Positions 23,274-34,131 of a stretch of DNA of 38,332 bases are shown piece after piece. Numbering within the stretch: position 1 is the first letter of the stretch; each line of letters begins with the position of its first letter. A program made the translations under genes and the position numbers. The notes under the pieces were generated by a model. The model saw nothing but the letters and a program-made list of their open reading frames with translations. It did no database searches and was not told the origin of the DNA. Origin of the DNA: Octopus sinensis (lineage: Eukaryota); assembly GCF_006345805.1 (NCBI RefSeq), contig NW_021835790.1:1-38332 (forward strand), in the 5' to 3' direction.

Positions 23274-23320
23274 GTCATGCGGATGATTTCTGAAAAGAAT
23301 GAAATAGTGCTGTACATAAT
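23274..23320 (+). ncRNA. Hammerhead-like motif, U4G variant
   Basis: AUG-CGGAUGA-U UUC ugaaaa GAA U-GAAA UAG ug CUG UA-CAU. Confidence 0.55.
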
Positions 23321-24119
23321 TGCCTATGACTAAGAATTTTAAGAACTTCATACAAAGTAAAGACTAAAAATTAAATATGTGAATTCCATGCACCTTTTCC
23401 CTTAACATTCATTCATTTCAAATTCAAATTACTAATTCTGCCACGAATTATGACAAAATGATTATCTCCCTTGTAATAGCTGTAACTGTTTGAGGGACAA
23501 CAAATGCCAGATGTGTAATACCTTCATGAAAAGTGTTTCGTTATTTTTGGACTCAGCAGAAAAAAAAACAGGTAATAACAGACGATTCTGAGGATCAGTC
23601 CGAAAGGAATTATTCTACGAGGCTTAGAAGAGATGGCATCTTTTCTTCTCTTCAATAATTTTCTTAATTTTCTTCTCCTCCAGCTTTTCCCTTTGGCTGA
23701 GTAGCCTACCAGAATCAGGTGAAAATTTGTATGGGTTCTCAATTGTTATTTCATATCTAATTTTTTTCATGTTCAGTTGTTTCTTTTTTTAAAAATATCA
23801 TTAAATCACTCCTTCATTTTACACATAATTTTTTATGCAATAAATCCCTTACTATTTATTAGTTTTTATACTTCGTGTGGGAGAGATCTTTGAAATGAGG
23901 TGTAGTTATTTTAATCTATATATTTTAATCTATATATTTTAATTTTCTTCCTGTTTATGTTTGTTGTTTATTTTACTGTACATTAATTAAATTGTTTTTA
24001 TCGTATAATTTTTTTATTGATTATTATAAAATAAATGAAAGATTAAAGCAAATTGAATCAATAGAATTTCAAGCATTAATAGTTTTTACAAAACTGCTCA
24101 AATTAACATCCAATTGTAT

Positions 24120-24435
24120 CCCAAAACTCTTTGGGAGTATCTATATACTAGTTTATTTGTACACATTAAAGCGCATAAGGCTTCTTCGGGACAGAGATTG
24201 CAAAATCTTGAGAACGCGCTGTACGGATTTGTATTGCACTTTCCCTTCCTTGAGTTTCTAGACCAGGCCAGCAAGTGATGCGCTGTGTCTTTTATTAATG
24301 TTTTTAAACGATGCAATAAGGGTCTGATATCGGTTTTGAAGTAATCGGTGGTTGTACCAATGTCTACGGCCATATCATATAGCATTCTCTCTGTACATTT
24401 GTATACTACGTTCTTACGAAGATATTCAAAGTTCG
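24120..24435 (-). pseudogene. Penelope-like GIY-YIG endonuclease remnant
   Basis: LRKNVVYKC...DIGTT..FKT, shifted frame SFKNINK..LAGLV*KLKE, PYS..SRFCNLCPEEALC. Confidence 0.75.
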
Positions 24436-24626
24436 ATTGTATCCACACATACATACACTTCACACGTACATATCAAAATATACATGCTTACACACACACA
24501 TACACATACACTAACACATGCACACACGCACGCACATAAACATATACACACACGTACACGCATATAACAAGTACACACACAAAAGTCAAACATAAAATAA
24601 TAATAATAATAATAATAACAACAACA

Positions 24627-24677
24627 ACAAGAGCAATCAGAGAGCACAAACCTCTGCCAAATGGCGGAGGTACTAAT
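24627..24677 (-). mobile_element. Minimal Helentron-type non-autonomous element
   Basis: Adjacent sub-TIRs CCTCTGCCA-aa-TGGCGGAGG plus a degenerate terminal hairpin, inside TAA/CAA repeats. Confidence 0.45.
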
Positions 24678-24858
24678 AGGTTCTACTCAGGAGTTCTTGA
24701 ATGAATAGCATGAGACCTTTTGGTTTTCCCTTCTCTTAAATTTCAGCCTTCCTTTAGTATTTCTCTCGTTTTAGATCGATGTGTAGATGTATGTATATAT
24801 GTAAGTATACTGTAAAGTGTTAATATGTATACATGTATGTATATATATATATATATAT

Positions 24859-24899
<41 letters not shown>

Positions 24900-24934
<35 letters not shown>

Positions 24935-26744
24935 CACAGGATATGTGTATGTCTGTGTGTTTGTCATGTCGTTAAAACTCGAGATCCACCCAACCAATTT
25001 CAATGAAATTTTATACATGCATTACATAGGGTCATGAGCCAAAAACATTTTCAACTTCTTGCCTAATGCAGGCACAGGGGCAGATAAACTGCATTTTAAA
25101 AGCATTTTCGCAGCCTTAAGGCCTGTAACTTGAAGTGTATCCAGTCGCTTTCCTCCAAATTTGCAATAAACATTAATAAGGCTCTTCAAATTGCTGTTGA
25201 CCAAAAATAAAATTTTCGACGCCAACTATGGGCACCCCTAAAATGCAGATTAATCAGATTTGAGTATACTGCACTGGGTTTTATCTTTGTTTAAGGCCAT
25301 TTCCGACGATAAGATATTAACACTACTTGTGCATTATAAGTGGCGTATAATATTTCATGAAAATCTTCTTGTCTAGTTTGGCAGAGGAAATGAGAAGAAC
25401 GTTAACATTTTTATTGGCGCCTTGTTGATGCTTCATGTTACCATCCCGCGCAGCACCGGACATGTGCGCGTGTGTGCGGCTGGGTAAAGGAACAACAAAC
25501 CTATTCATCCATTCTCCAGAAGTGCCCTGTTGATGTTTCACGTTTCCAATCCTACGCAACGCAGCATGACCCGGCAGCATGTCTGCTTTCTATGTCATCC
25601 ATGTCTGAACTGTATGATACAAAATGTCCATACAAAAAACAAACAGCTGTTGTGACTCACAGCCATTCGAGTTTGACTGTGTGTCCACTTTCGGAAGCTA
25701 CATTCACCACCTGCAATTAGTCCCAGCTCCCTGTGTTCCCTCTCCTGTTTAGTCGGACGAATAAATACAGGGTGTCCCAGAATTAACGATGATTTGAGTG
25801 AAATCGGATGCATTAAAAAAAAAAAACTCACTTTTATTTATGCTTATCATGTTTAATATGTATTAAAAGTCTATAAATTTTGAATTTTGTTTTTAATTTT
25901 ATTTTCATTCTTGTTGGACCACTCTTATTTGTCTACGACAGCTTTTTTTAATTTGGCAGCAATCATTTTCTTTACCTCCATCCCTAAGATGGAGTAATCG
26001 TTTAGCTGAGCTTAAAGAACGCATTCATTTAGCAGTACATGAGCTAATTCCTGAACTGCTTCAAAATGTGTTTCACAACGCTAAGGAGAGATTTAAAGTA
26101 TGCAGGGATACAGACATGTTGAAAAATTTCAATAAAAGTTTGACGTAAGATTTATAAGTCTATTTGTTTTGGTAATAAACATAAGATTCAGTCAGTTTTT
26201 TCAAAAATTTGCTCAATTTCATTGAAACACGTAGTTAATTCTGGAACATCCTGCGTGGCGTAGCGTTGTTAGTTGTTGTGTTACTCGAGTAAATATTAAA
26301 ATCAAAGGTCTTCTCGCCATAAACATCCCATTTTTTTGTTAAGCATATTGTATCAAGGAGTATATTATCTAAAATGTATTTCTCATTTATAGGCATGGCT
26401 GTGTGGTTGAGAAGCTTGCTTTCCAATTATGTCGCACAGTGGAATTGAACCCAAGGCAAGAAGGGACTACACAATCAGTTCAATGCAGCCACAACAGAAG
26501 TTGCTGGAAAAATTGGTGGGATTGGCTGATGAAAGGAACCTAAAAAAGAAACCGAAAGTACTATGCCGACATTACATCTCCGTGCCGATCAAAGCCTTGT
26601 GTATTATATAATTGCCATTACTGTATTGATATATAAAATAACATATACTGAAGGAATAAATCTATGTATATAATAACACTTTGAATGTGGCTCCCGAGAA
26701 AGAGTAAAAGTAATTACCCGATCAACGACGGATATTACTGCTAG
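24900..26744 (+). mobile_element. Probable non-autonomous Helitron with nested insertions
   Basis: 5'-type sequence tatataa..gtgtatgtctgtgtgtttgtc; 3' end cccgatcaacgacgga..tactgCTAG|T similar to the 3' end at 32479. Whether the two ends belong to one element is unproven. Confidence 0.45.
25768..26232 (+). mobile_element. Internally deleted Tc1/mariner (maT/rosa-like) element
   Basis: TA|CAGGGTGTCCC left TIR; C-terminal peptide LAELKERIHLAVHELIPELLQNVF..RFKVC..HVE. Confidence 0.65.
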
Positions 26745-26939
26745 TAATATATATATATATAGTAAAAATATGTATTATTTAATTTCTGAAGGGTTTTGCT
26801 GCCATTTGTTTATGTAGTTTGATTTCTTTATCCATCAGTTTCTAAGATAGAGACACGAGTAAAATTAATAATAAAGAAACGAAAATAAAACTTTGGAAAC
26901 AGCTTAAAGGGAGATAATTGAGAAAGACTTGAAAGTGAA

Positions 26940-27162
26940 CGTAAGATTCTAATCATGTATAGTAAACTAAATATAACAAATAATCCAGAATCCTTGTTCA
27001 GCACTGGATCGATCCCAAAATCTAATCAGTTCGTGTCAGTTACTAGGTCAAACATTCCTGAAAGTTTCATCCGAATCCATCCAGCGGTTCTTGAGATATC
27101 CTGTCCACGGACAAACAAACAAACACGACTTAAAACAATATCTACTCCTTCACTAAAGCGGA

Positions 27163-27168
<6 letters not shown>
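26940..27168 (-). mobile_element. Helentron-associated (HINE/DINE-like) element, 5' part
   Basis: Minus strand ttattacctccgc..gaaggag..tattgtttt..gtttgtttgtttgtccgtg..atctcaagaacc..gatgaaactttcagg. Confidence 0.55.
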
Positions 27169-27229
<61 letters not shown>

Positions 27230-27254
27230 TAATAATAATATTATAATAATAATA
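27165..27254. repeat. (TAA)n microsatellite
   Basis: Directly visible. Confidence 0.97.
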
Positions 27255-27255
27255 T

Positions 27256-27455
27256 TTGTCTGTAAGTATGAGATCATGGAGAACCACATTGTCTGTAAGT
27301 ATGAGATCATGGAGAATCACATTTGTCTGTAAGTATGAGATCATGGAGAACCACATTGTCTGTAAGTATGTGATCATGGAGAACCACATTGTCTGTAAGT
27401 ATGAGATCATAGAGAACCACACTTGTCTGTAAGTATGAGATCATGGAGAACCACA
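27256..27455 (+). repeat. 6 x 33-34-bp tandem repeat derived from RT coding sequence
   Basis: Unit ttgtctgtaagtatgagatcatggagaaccaca (LSVSMRSWRTT); the last unit continues into RT sequence. Confidence 0.95.
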
Positions 27456-27574
27456 CTAACTTTGAACAGTGACAATGAATCTCTAAATGCTGATGATGTA
27501 AAAATTTCCTGTGGCATTTTCCAGGGTGACTCAGTATTACCACTCCTCTTTTGTTTAGCCTTAATGCCTCTCTC
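27423..27574 (+). pseudogene. R4/Dong RT fragment (element A)
   Basis: LSVSMRSWRTTLTLNSDNESLNADDVKISCGIFQGDSVLPLLFCLALMPL. Confidence 0.85.
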
Positions 27575-29665
27575 AACTTCAGGATTGCCTTGATAGAGGA
27601 ATAATACCAGATTAGATGACTAGAGAGAGGACAATACTCATTATTAAAGATAAGAGCAAGGGTAATACAGCTAGCAACTAAAGACCAATCACTTGCTTAC
27701 CATTAGCGTGGAAGCTGTTAACAGGAATGCTTTCAGAAAGCATTTACGAGCACCTTGACAAACAGAATTTACTACCAGAACAGAAAGGTTGCAGGAAGAG
27801 AGCTAGAGGAACGCATGATCTATTATATATAGACAAAGCAGTACTAAATGAAGTAAAAGCTAGAAAGAAAAATCTAACAATAGGCTGGATAGATTAAAGG
27901 AAAGCCTATGACATGATCCCACACTCATGGATAAGTGAAAGTTTGAATATATTCAGTATAGTAGGCAACATAAGGGAATTAATTAGCTCTAGCATGAAGA
28001 AATGGAAAATTGATCTCTACTCAGATGACACACTCTTAGAGACAGTTAATATCAAAAGAGAAATTTTCCAGGGGCGCTCGTCGTCCCCTTTAATATTTGT
28101 CTTCTGTTTGATCCACCCTAGTTTAGTATTAAGCAAGGAAAAGGCAGGGTATCAGTTCAGAAATAGTAATGGAAATATTAACCATTTGCTCTACATGGAT
28201 GATCAGAAGCTTTTTAATAATAAAGAAGAGATAGATTCCTTAATACAGACTGTAAGACTCTTCAGCAAAGAGAGAGGCATGGAATTTGGCATAGATAAGT
28301 GTGCAATATTAGTCATGAGAAGGGGACAGGTAGTCAACAGCAAAGGCATGCAATTACCAGATGGCCAGACATCAAAATTATTGAAAGGAGGAGAGAGTTA
28401 TAAGTATCTAAGAGTATTAGAATCTGGCAGTGTACTAACTACAGAAATAAAAATGAAAATTTAGGAGTAGCTCAGAAGGCTGAGGAAGCTAATGAAATCA
28501 AAGCTAAATGCTCCGAATCTTGTGAAGGCAGTAAATACTTGAGCAGTATCATTACTTAGATACTCAGCAGCTTTTGTTGATTAAACAATAACTGAATTAG
28601 CAAAGCTGGACAGAAGAACTAGGAAGGAATACAATGTGAATGGAGGACTCCACCCAAGAGCAGGAGTAGCAAGATTATACTTACCTAGAAAGGAAGGTGG
28701 AAGAGGGTTAATATCAGTAGAAGAATGCGTGTAGTTAGTTACAGTAAATATAGACTCCTGTGAAGAAAGGTTATTAAAAGCTGCCAGAGTTACAGCAAGA
28801 CATAAGGGAAATCAAAACACCAAACAAACTTAAAGATTAGAAAAAAGAACACAAATTGTCTGACTGGCAAAAGAAGGCGTTGCATGGTAGATTCCCAAAG
28901 AAAGTTGCAGCAAATAGTAGTAGTGAGACATGGTTATGGTTGCAGAACGGAAAGCTGAAGAGGGAGACAGAAAGTTTGTTAGTAGCAGCACAAGATCAAG
29001 CATTAAGGACTAATTGGATAAAAGCCAAGATAGACAAAAAATCAAGTAGATTCCCAATGTAGATTTTGCAAATCAAAAGTGGAATGTGTTACTCATATAG
29101 AAAGTGAATGTAGCATGCTGGCACAGAAAGAATACAAGAAAAAATATAATCTAGGGAGAGCAATCCACTGGAAGCTATGTAGAAAGCTAGGATTTAAACA
29201 TACTGATAAATGGTATAAACATCAACCTAGTAAAATACTAAAAAGTAAGAAATACAAGATGTTGTGGGACTTTAACATTCAAAATGACAGAGTAATAGAA
29301 TCTAGAAGACCTGATTTGATAGTAGTAGATAAAGAGAATAGAAAGTGTCAGATAATTGACTTTACAGACCCAGTTGATGAAAAAATTAGTATGAGGAGTA
29401 TAGAAAGAATATCAAAGTACTAAGACCTAGCTATTGAATTACAGTGACTATGGGTAAAATGTATCCCAGTAGTTATAGGTGCATTGGGAACTATGTCTAA
29501 AGATCTGAACAAATGGATAGAGGAAATAGGCATAAAACCCAGTTTAGTACAGCTGCAGTGTTATTAGGGACATCTAGGATACTTAGGAGGGTTCTTGGCC
29601 CCCAAGGCTACTTGCAGCTCGATGTTTGGAGTCCTTTCTTTTCCAACAATCTAATCTGTCGAGTG
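27575..29665 (+). mobile_element. R4/Dong REL retrotransposon (element B), decayed
   Basis: RPITCLP, EQKGC, KAYDMIPHSWI, IFQG, HLLYMDD, GMEFGIDKC, ETESLLVAAQDQAL, LWDFNIQ..RRPD..IIDF; ends in (TAA)n. Confidence 0.92.
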
Positions 29666-29683
29666 TAATAATAATAATAATAA

Positions 29684-29737
<54 letters not shown>

Positions 29738-29746
29738 GACACCACC

Positions 29747-29778
<32 letters not shown>

Positions 29779-29885
29779 CAACAAACAACAACAATAATAA
29801 TAATAATACACAGTACTGCTCACGCTCCAGCAACAAGGAGGTGTAACAGATGTTGTAGTTGAAATTTGATGAAACTACTAGATGT

Positions 29886-29933
<48 letters not shown>

Positions 29934-29958
29934 TAATAATAATAATAATAATAATAAT
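29666..29958. repeat. (TAA)n/(CAC)n/(CAA)n arrays with an ~80-bp unique spacer
   Basis: Directly visible; spacer at about 29808-29887. Confidence 0.9.
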
Positions 29959-31140
29959 AGCTACAATATCCTTAACTGGACACGAAATGAACTGTCCAAA
30001 ATAGATAGGAAAACAAGAAAAATAATGACAGGATCTAGGATGCATCACCCAAAATCTGACATAGAAAGACTATATATACAACGTATAGAAGGTGGTAGAG
30101 GCCTTATACAGCTGGAAAGCTACTATAAAATAACCACCATAGGACTGCAAAAATATCTACTTCAGAAGGAAGGAAAACTGATCCAGATAGCAGCAAAACA
30201 CGAGCAAAACAAAAAACTGTTTTCAGTATTTAAGGAAGCTGACAAATACAAACAAGAAATCATACCACCTAATAAACATGAAGAAGAAGAAGAAGATGAA
30301 GAAACAACAAAAGCTATAAAACAAATGAAATCCAAACTAAAAATAGAACAGCAACGAACCATGATAAAACGATGGCAAGAAAAGCCCCTTCATCGTAAAT
30401 ACTGGACTAAACTAAACGCAAAAGAAATAGACAAAGAAAAATCCCAGCAATGGCTGAGAAGCTCAGGACTCAAAGCAGAAACAGAGGGATTTTTAATTGC
30501 AGCACAAGACCAAAGCCTCCCCACCAGAAATTACCAAAAACATGTAATGAAAAGAAATATTACAAGTAACTGCAGAATATGTGGAGATGGACAAGAAACA
30601 ATAAATCATATTATCTCTAGCTGCCCAGTCCTGGCTAAGAAGGAATATATTCACAGACATGACAGAGTTGGAACCTACATACATTGGAAGCTATGCCAAC
30701 ATTATGGAATAACAACAGAAAAAAGATGGTATAGGCACACACCAGAAAAGGTCACAGAAAACGAGAAAGCAACCATACTCTGGGATATGCCGATACATAC
30801 AGATAGAGAAATTAAGGCCAACAGACCAGATATAGTTGTCAGAGATCATGAAGAAAAAAAATGCTTTCTAATTGATGTATCAATACCGGCAGATGACAAC
30901 GTGTCTCTAAAAGAAATGGAGAAACTCTCAAAATACAAAGACCTGGAAATAGAGGTAACTAGAATGTGGAATCTGAAAACAGAAACAATTCCTATCATAG
31001 TAGGTGCATTAGGCATGATAAAAAAATATTCAAACAAATACATAACAAAAACACCAGGACTTACAAACACATATAACATACAGAAAATTGCACTACTAGG
31101 CACTGCACACATCCTACGCAGAACACTTTCCATACAATAA
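29959..31140 (+). CDS. C-terminal part of a REL retrotransposon ORF: CCHC knuckle plus restriction-like endonuclease (5' truncated)
   Basis: CRICGDGQETINHIISSC, RHD, NRPDIV..LIDVS..K..KY; frame open from 29959. Confidence 0.88.
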   Translation, partial: SYNILNWTRNELSKIDRKTRKIMTGSRMHHPKSDIERLYIQRIEGGRGLIQLESYYKITTIGLQKYLLQKEGKLIQIAAKHEQNKKLFSVFKEADKYKQEIIPPNKHEEEEEDEETTKAIKQMKSKLKIEQQRTMIKRWQEKPLHRKYWTKLNAKEIDKEKSQQWLRSSGLKAETEGFLIAAQDQSLPTRNYQKHVMKRNITSNCRICGDGQETINHIISSCPVLAKKEYIHRHDRVGTYIHWKLCQHYGITTEKRWYRHTPEKVTENEKATILWDMPIHTDREIKANRPDIVVRDHEEKKCFLIDVSIPADDNVSLKEMEKLSKYKDLEIEVTRMWNLKTETIPIIVGALGMIKKYSNKYITKTPGLTNTYNIQKIALLGTAHILRRTLSIQ

Positions 31141-31237
31141 CCATCAGAGCATCACAACAAATCACAGCACATACCCAAGGCACACAGAGCTGCGCTCGGT
31201 AGTGAAGTGAAAGCACGCTATAAAAATAAAACTACTG
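29959..31237 (+). mobile_element. Young 5'-truncated R4/Dong retrotransposon (element C)
   Basis: Flanked by (TAA)n on both sides; uninterrupted frame; 97-bp 3' UTR. Confidence 0.93.
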
Positions 31238-31273
31238 AATAATAATAATAATATTAATAATAATAATAATAAT

Positions 31274-31392
31274 GAAAAAAGGATCTTAGTTTAGAGATAG
31301 TAAAAGAAAAAAATAGCCATTTGACTCTACATGGATGATTTGAAGCTTTTTAGTTAGAATAAAAATGAAATAGATTCATTGATACAAAGTGT
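31274..31392 (+). pseudogene. R4/Dong RT YMDD fragment (element D)
   Basis: ccatttgactctacatggatgatttgaagcttttt aligns with 28138-28255. Confidence 0.75.
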
Positions 31393-31512
31393 GTGTGCCT
31401 GAACAGGCACGGACACTCTTCGCATCCAGCAGGATGAAGAGGTTCAGTTACTCGCTACTGATTAACTTCTCGGATACGAGTTAATGCCGACGACGATATA
31501 TATACGATATGT

Positions 31513-31850
31513 GAAAGCGCATGGCTCAGTGGTTAGTGCGTCGGATTCACAACTATGAGGCAGTGAGTTCGATTTCCGGAGCGGACTTTGTGTTGTGTCC
31601 TTGAGCAAGACACTTTATTTCACTTTGCTCCAGTCCATTCGGTTGTAGAAATGAGTTGCGGCGTCACTGGTGCGAAGCTGTATCGGTCTTTGGTTTTTCC
31701 CTTGAATAGCATCGATGGCGTTAAGAGGGGAGGCTGGCGTGCATGGGTGACTGCTGGTCTTTTATAAACAACCTTGCCCGTAATTGTACCTCGGAGGGTA
31801 ACTTTCTAGGTGCAAACCCATGGTCGTCTATGACCGAAGGGGTTTCTTTT
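31513..31850 (+). mobile_element. tRNA-derived SINE family C (CORE-like domain)
   Basis: gcgcatggctcagtggttag..gagttcgatt..cttgagcaagacactttatttcac..gctccag; homologous to 33420-33735. Confidence 0.8.
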
Positions 31851-31894
31851 TACCACCTTCTCCCCCCCTCTCTCTCTCTCTATATATATATATG

Positions 31895-32097
31895 TTGATT
31901 CGCTAGCCTCTGCACGCATTTTTTTCTCTCCTTGTTTCTTTCTGTGTTTCTTTTCTGTGTATCTTTCTGTTGAAGAGCGTAGGCTCGAAACGTAAAAGAC
32001 TTGTTTTATTTATATTCCTGAGCGCCATACTAATACAATTGTTTGTTTGTATTCCACCTGCCTTCGTCTTTTGTTTATTTTCATAAAGCTTCCCGTA
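31895..32097 (+). mobile_element. Short HHR-bearing element (family H), copy 2
   Basis: Homologous to 17004-17246; lies between (TA)n tracts. Confidence 0.75.
31962..31999 (+). ncRNA. Minimal type I hammerhead, A6U variant
   Basis: UCUUU-CUGUUGA-A GAGC guag GCUC-GAAACGUA-AAAGA; palindromic ACGU stem III as in PLE minimal HHRs. Confidence 0.7.
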
Positions 32098-32242
<145 letters not shown>

Positions 32243-32478
32243 TTTATATATGATTTTATATATTTTTTAAAGCTATTTTTTTTATTTCTCTTAATTTCTT
32301 CCTCATTTTATACCTTCCTGTTTTTTCTTGTTCACATTAAGGATGGTCAACCCTCCTGAACTTTTGTCAAGAACCTTAATTTATAAGAAATATATTAGAC
32401 ACCTTATCATTATTTTTAATGAGCAACTAAGCTAATTTTATCTGGTCACCGGCTTCCATGCATTATATTTATAAAGAA

Positions 32479-33144
32479 CTAGCAGTATCGCCCGGCGTTG
32501 TTCGGGTTTGTAAGGGAAATAACTATATAAGCATTTTTAGAGAGTTATAGCAAAAAAATTAGCAAAAAATGCATTAAAAATGGAATAAAAAAAGGTTGGT
32601 AATTTTTTTTTAATCGTTGACTCATCGTAGACATTTTTAGAGAGTTACTTCCCTTATATAATAGCGAAAAATGCATTAAAATGGAAAAAATGATGGTAAA
32701 TTTTAAAAAATCGTAGACTCATCGTAGACGCTTTCTTAGTCATTTCTGTTTTGGTGTCTTCAAGCCATGAAGTCGTTGTTCTAAAAGAACGCTGGTCTCC
32801 TTGACAACGCTTTACGACATTGATTTCCTTACACTCCCTTCCCCACAGCTTCACGAGGGAGGGAAGAAGGGGAGAAGCAACACAGGTGCAGGTGTGACCA
32901 TGGACGCCAACTCCGCCGCCATCGACACACGAAAAATATGCGTTAAATGGAAAAAATGATGTTAAATTATTTTTAAAATCATAGACTCATCGTAGACAGG
33001 CGCTAATACCCTGACGGGCTCGATAGGAATCACGACTATAAGATACCCGAATTTGGTTAAACTGCACCGCAAAATGTGGGAGTAGTTAGGAATCTAAATC
33101 GTAGGAGACAGACACTCACACAACTACAGTTTTATATATATAGA
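32479..33144 (-). mobile_element. Non-autonomous Helitron, complete
   Basis: Minus strand A|TCTATATATATAAAA start, 3' hairpin CCCG aacaacgc CGGG, CTAG|T end; internal tandem duplications. Confidence 0.88.
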
Positions 33145-33419
33145 TTTTGTGTGTATACTTGGAGTTGGATTTCTGGTGTAACCAGGATGTTCTGATGATC
33201 AGCTGAGCTAACTTTCTTTATTTGTAGTGATTTGTGAATATACAATTGTATTGTGTAATTCGTAACATGCATATTAATGCAAACATATAAACATAATCTA
33301 CTTCACTCTGAAATTATCATACATGAAGAAGGTTGCAAAACGGCCGTAATCCTAAAATTGTCAAGTAGTTAAATAAACATATACACCTTTCATACCTCCT
33401 GAATTTTTATGGTATATGA

Positions 33420-33735
33420 GCAGGAGACCCCCTTCGGTCATGAATGATCATGGGATTGCACCTAGAAAGTTACCCTCCTAGGCACAAGTCTGAGCAAGGT
33501 TGTTTATGGAAGGCCAGCAGTCGCCCATGCATACCAGCCTCCCCTATCCACGCCACCAGTGTTATTCAAGGGAAAGGCAAAGGCCGATACAGTTTGGCAC
33601 CTGTGACGTCGCAACTCATTTCTACAGCTGAGTTAACTGGAGCAACGTGAAATTAAGTGTCTTGCTCAAGAACACAACACGCAGCCCGGTCCGGGAATCG
33701 AACTCACAACCTCACGATCGTAAGCTCCACGCTTA
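33420..33735 (-). mobile_element. SINE family C
   Basis: Reverse-complement homology to 31513-31850 (B box gagttcgattccc). Confidence 0.82.
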
Positions 33736-33893
33736 TGGTATATATATATGTATGTATGTGTGTGTGTTTGTGTGTGTATGTGTATGTGTGTGTATATGTG
33801 TGAGTGTGTGTGTGGGTGAGGATGTGTTTGTGTGTATGTGTGTGTATATGAATGTATGTATGTGTATGTGTGTGTGGTATATATATGTATAGG

Positions 33894-33936
<43 letters not shown>

Positions 33937-33943
33937 TATAATT

Positions 33944-34097
33944 AACGGGCTTCTACACAGTTTCTCTCTACCATACTCACTCACAAGGTATTAGTTGGCC
34001 CGAGGCTTGTGCTGAAGACACTTGGCCAACGTGCTCTTCAATGAGACCGAAATCAAAACCCTGTGGTTGTGAAGCGACTTCATTTACTACACAGCCG
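33944..34097 (-). mobile_element. SINE family A head, diverged
   Basis: acgggcttct..ctacca..cactcacaagg..ggcccgaggct..gaagacactt..actacacagcc. Confidence 0.7.
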
Positions 34098-34131
34098 TGT
34101 ATATGCTAATGTTTTCATGTATGTACATATA

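Larger units (their letters stand above)
21533..23655 (+). mobile_element. Decayed Tigger/pogo transposase with SINE and HHR-element insertions
   Basis: Frameshifted KSGVSLDYLSVEYGLAKS, YLFAWIQKK, GVHSVVRHGE, GHKSVKVRLT, FLSPNIMPLTKPTD (cf. FLPPNTT..QPMD), EFRKNH. Termini not resolved. Confidence 0.75.

Noticed and set aside
27256-27455. CRISPR-like 33-bp repeats
   Set aside because: Head-to-tail with no spacers, no cas genes, eukaryotic context, and the unit is RT coding sequence.
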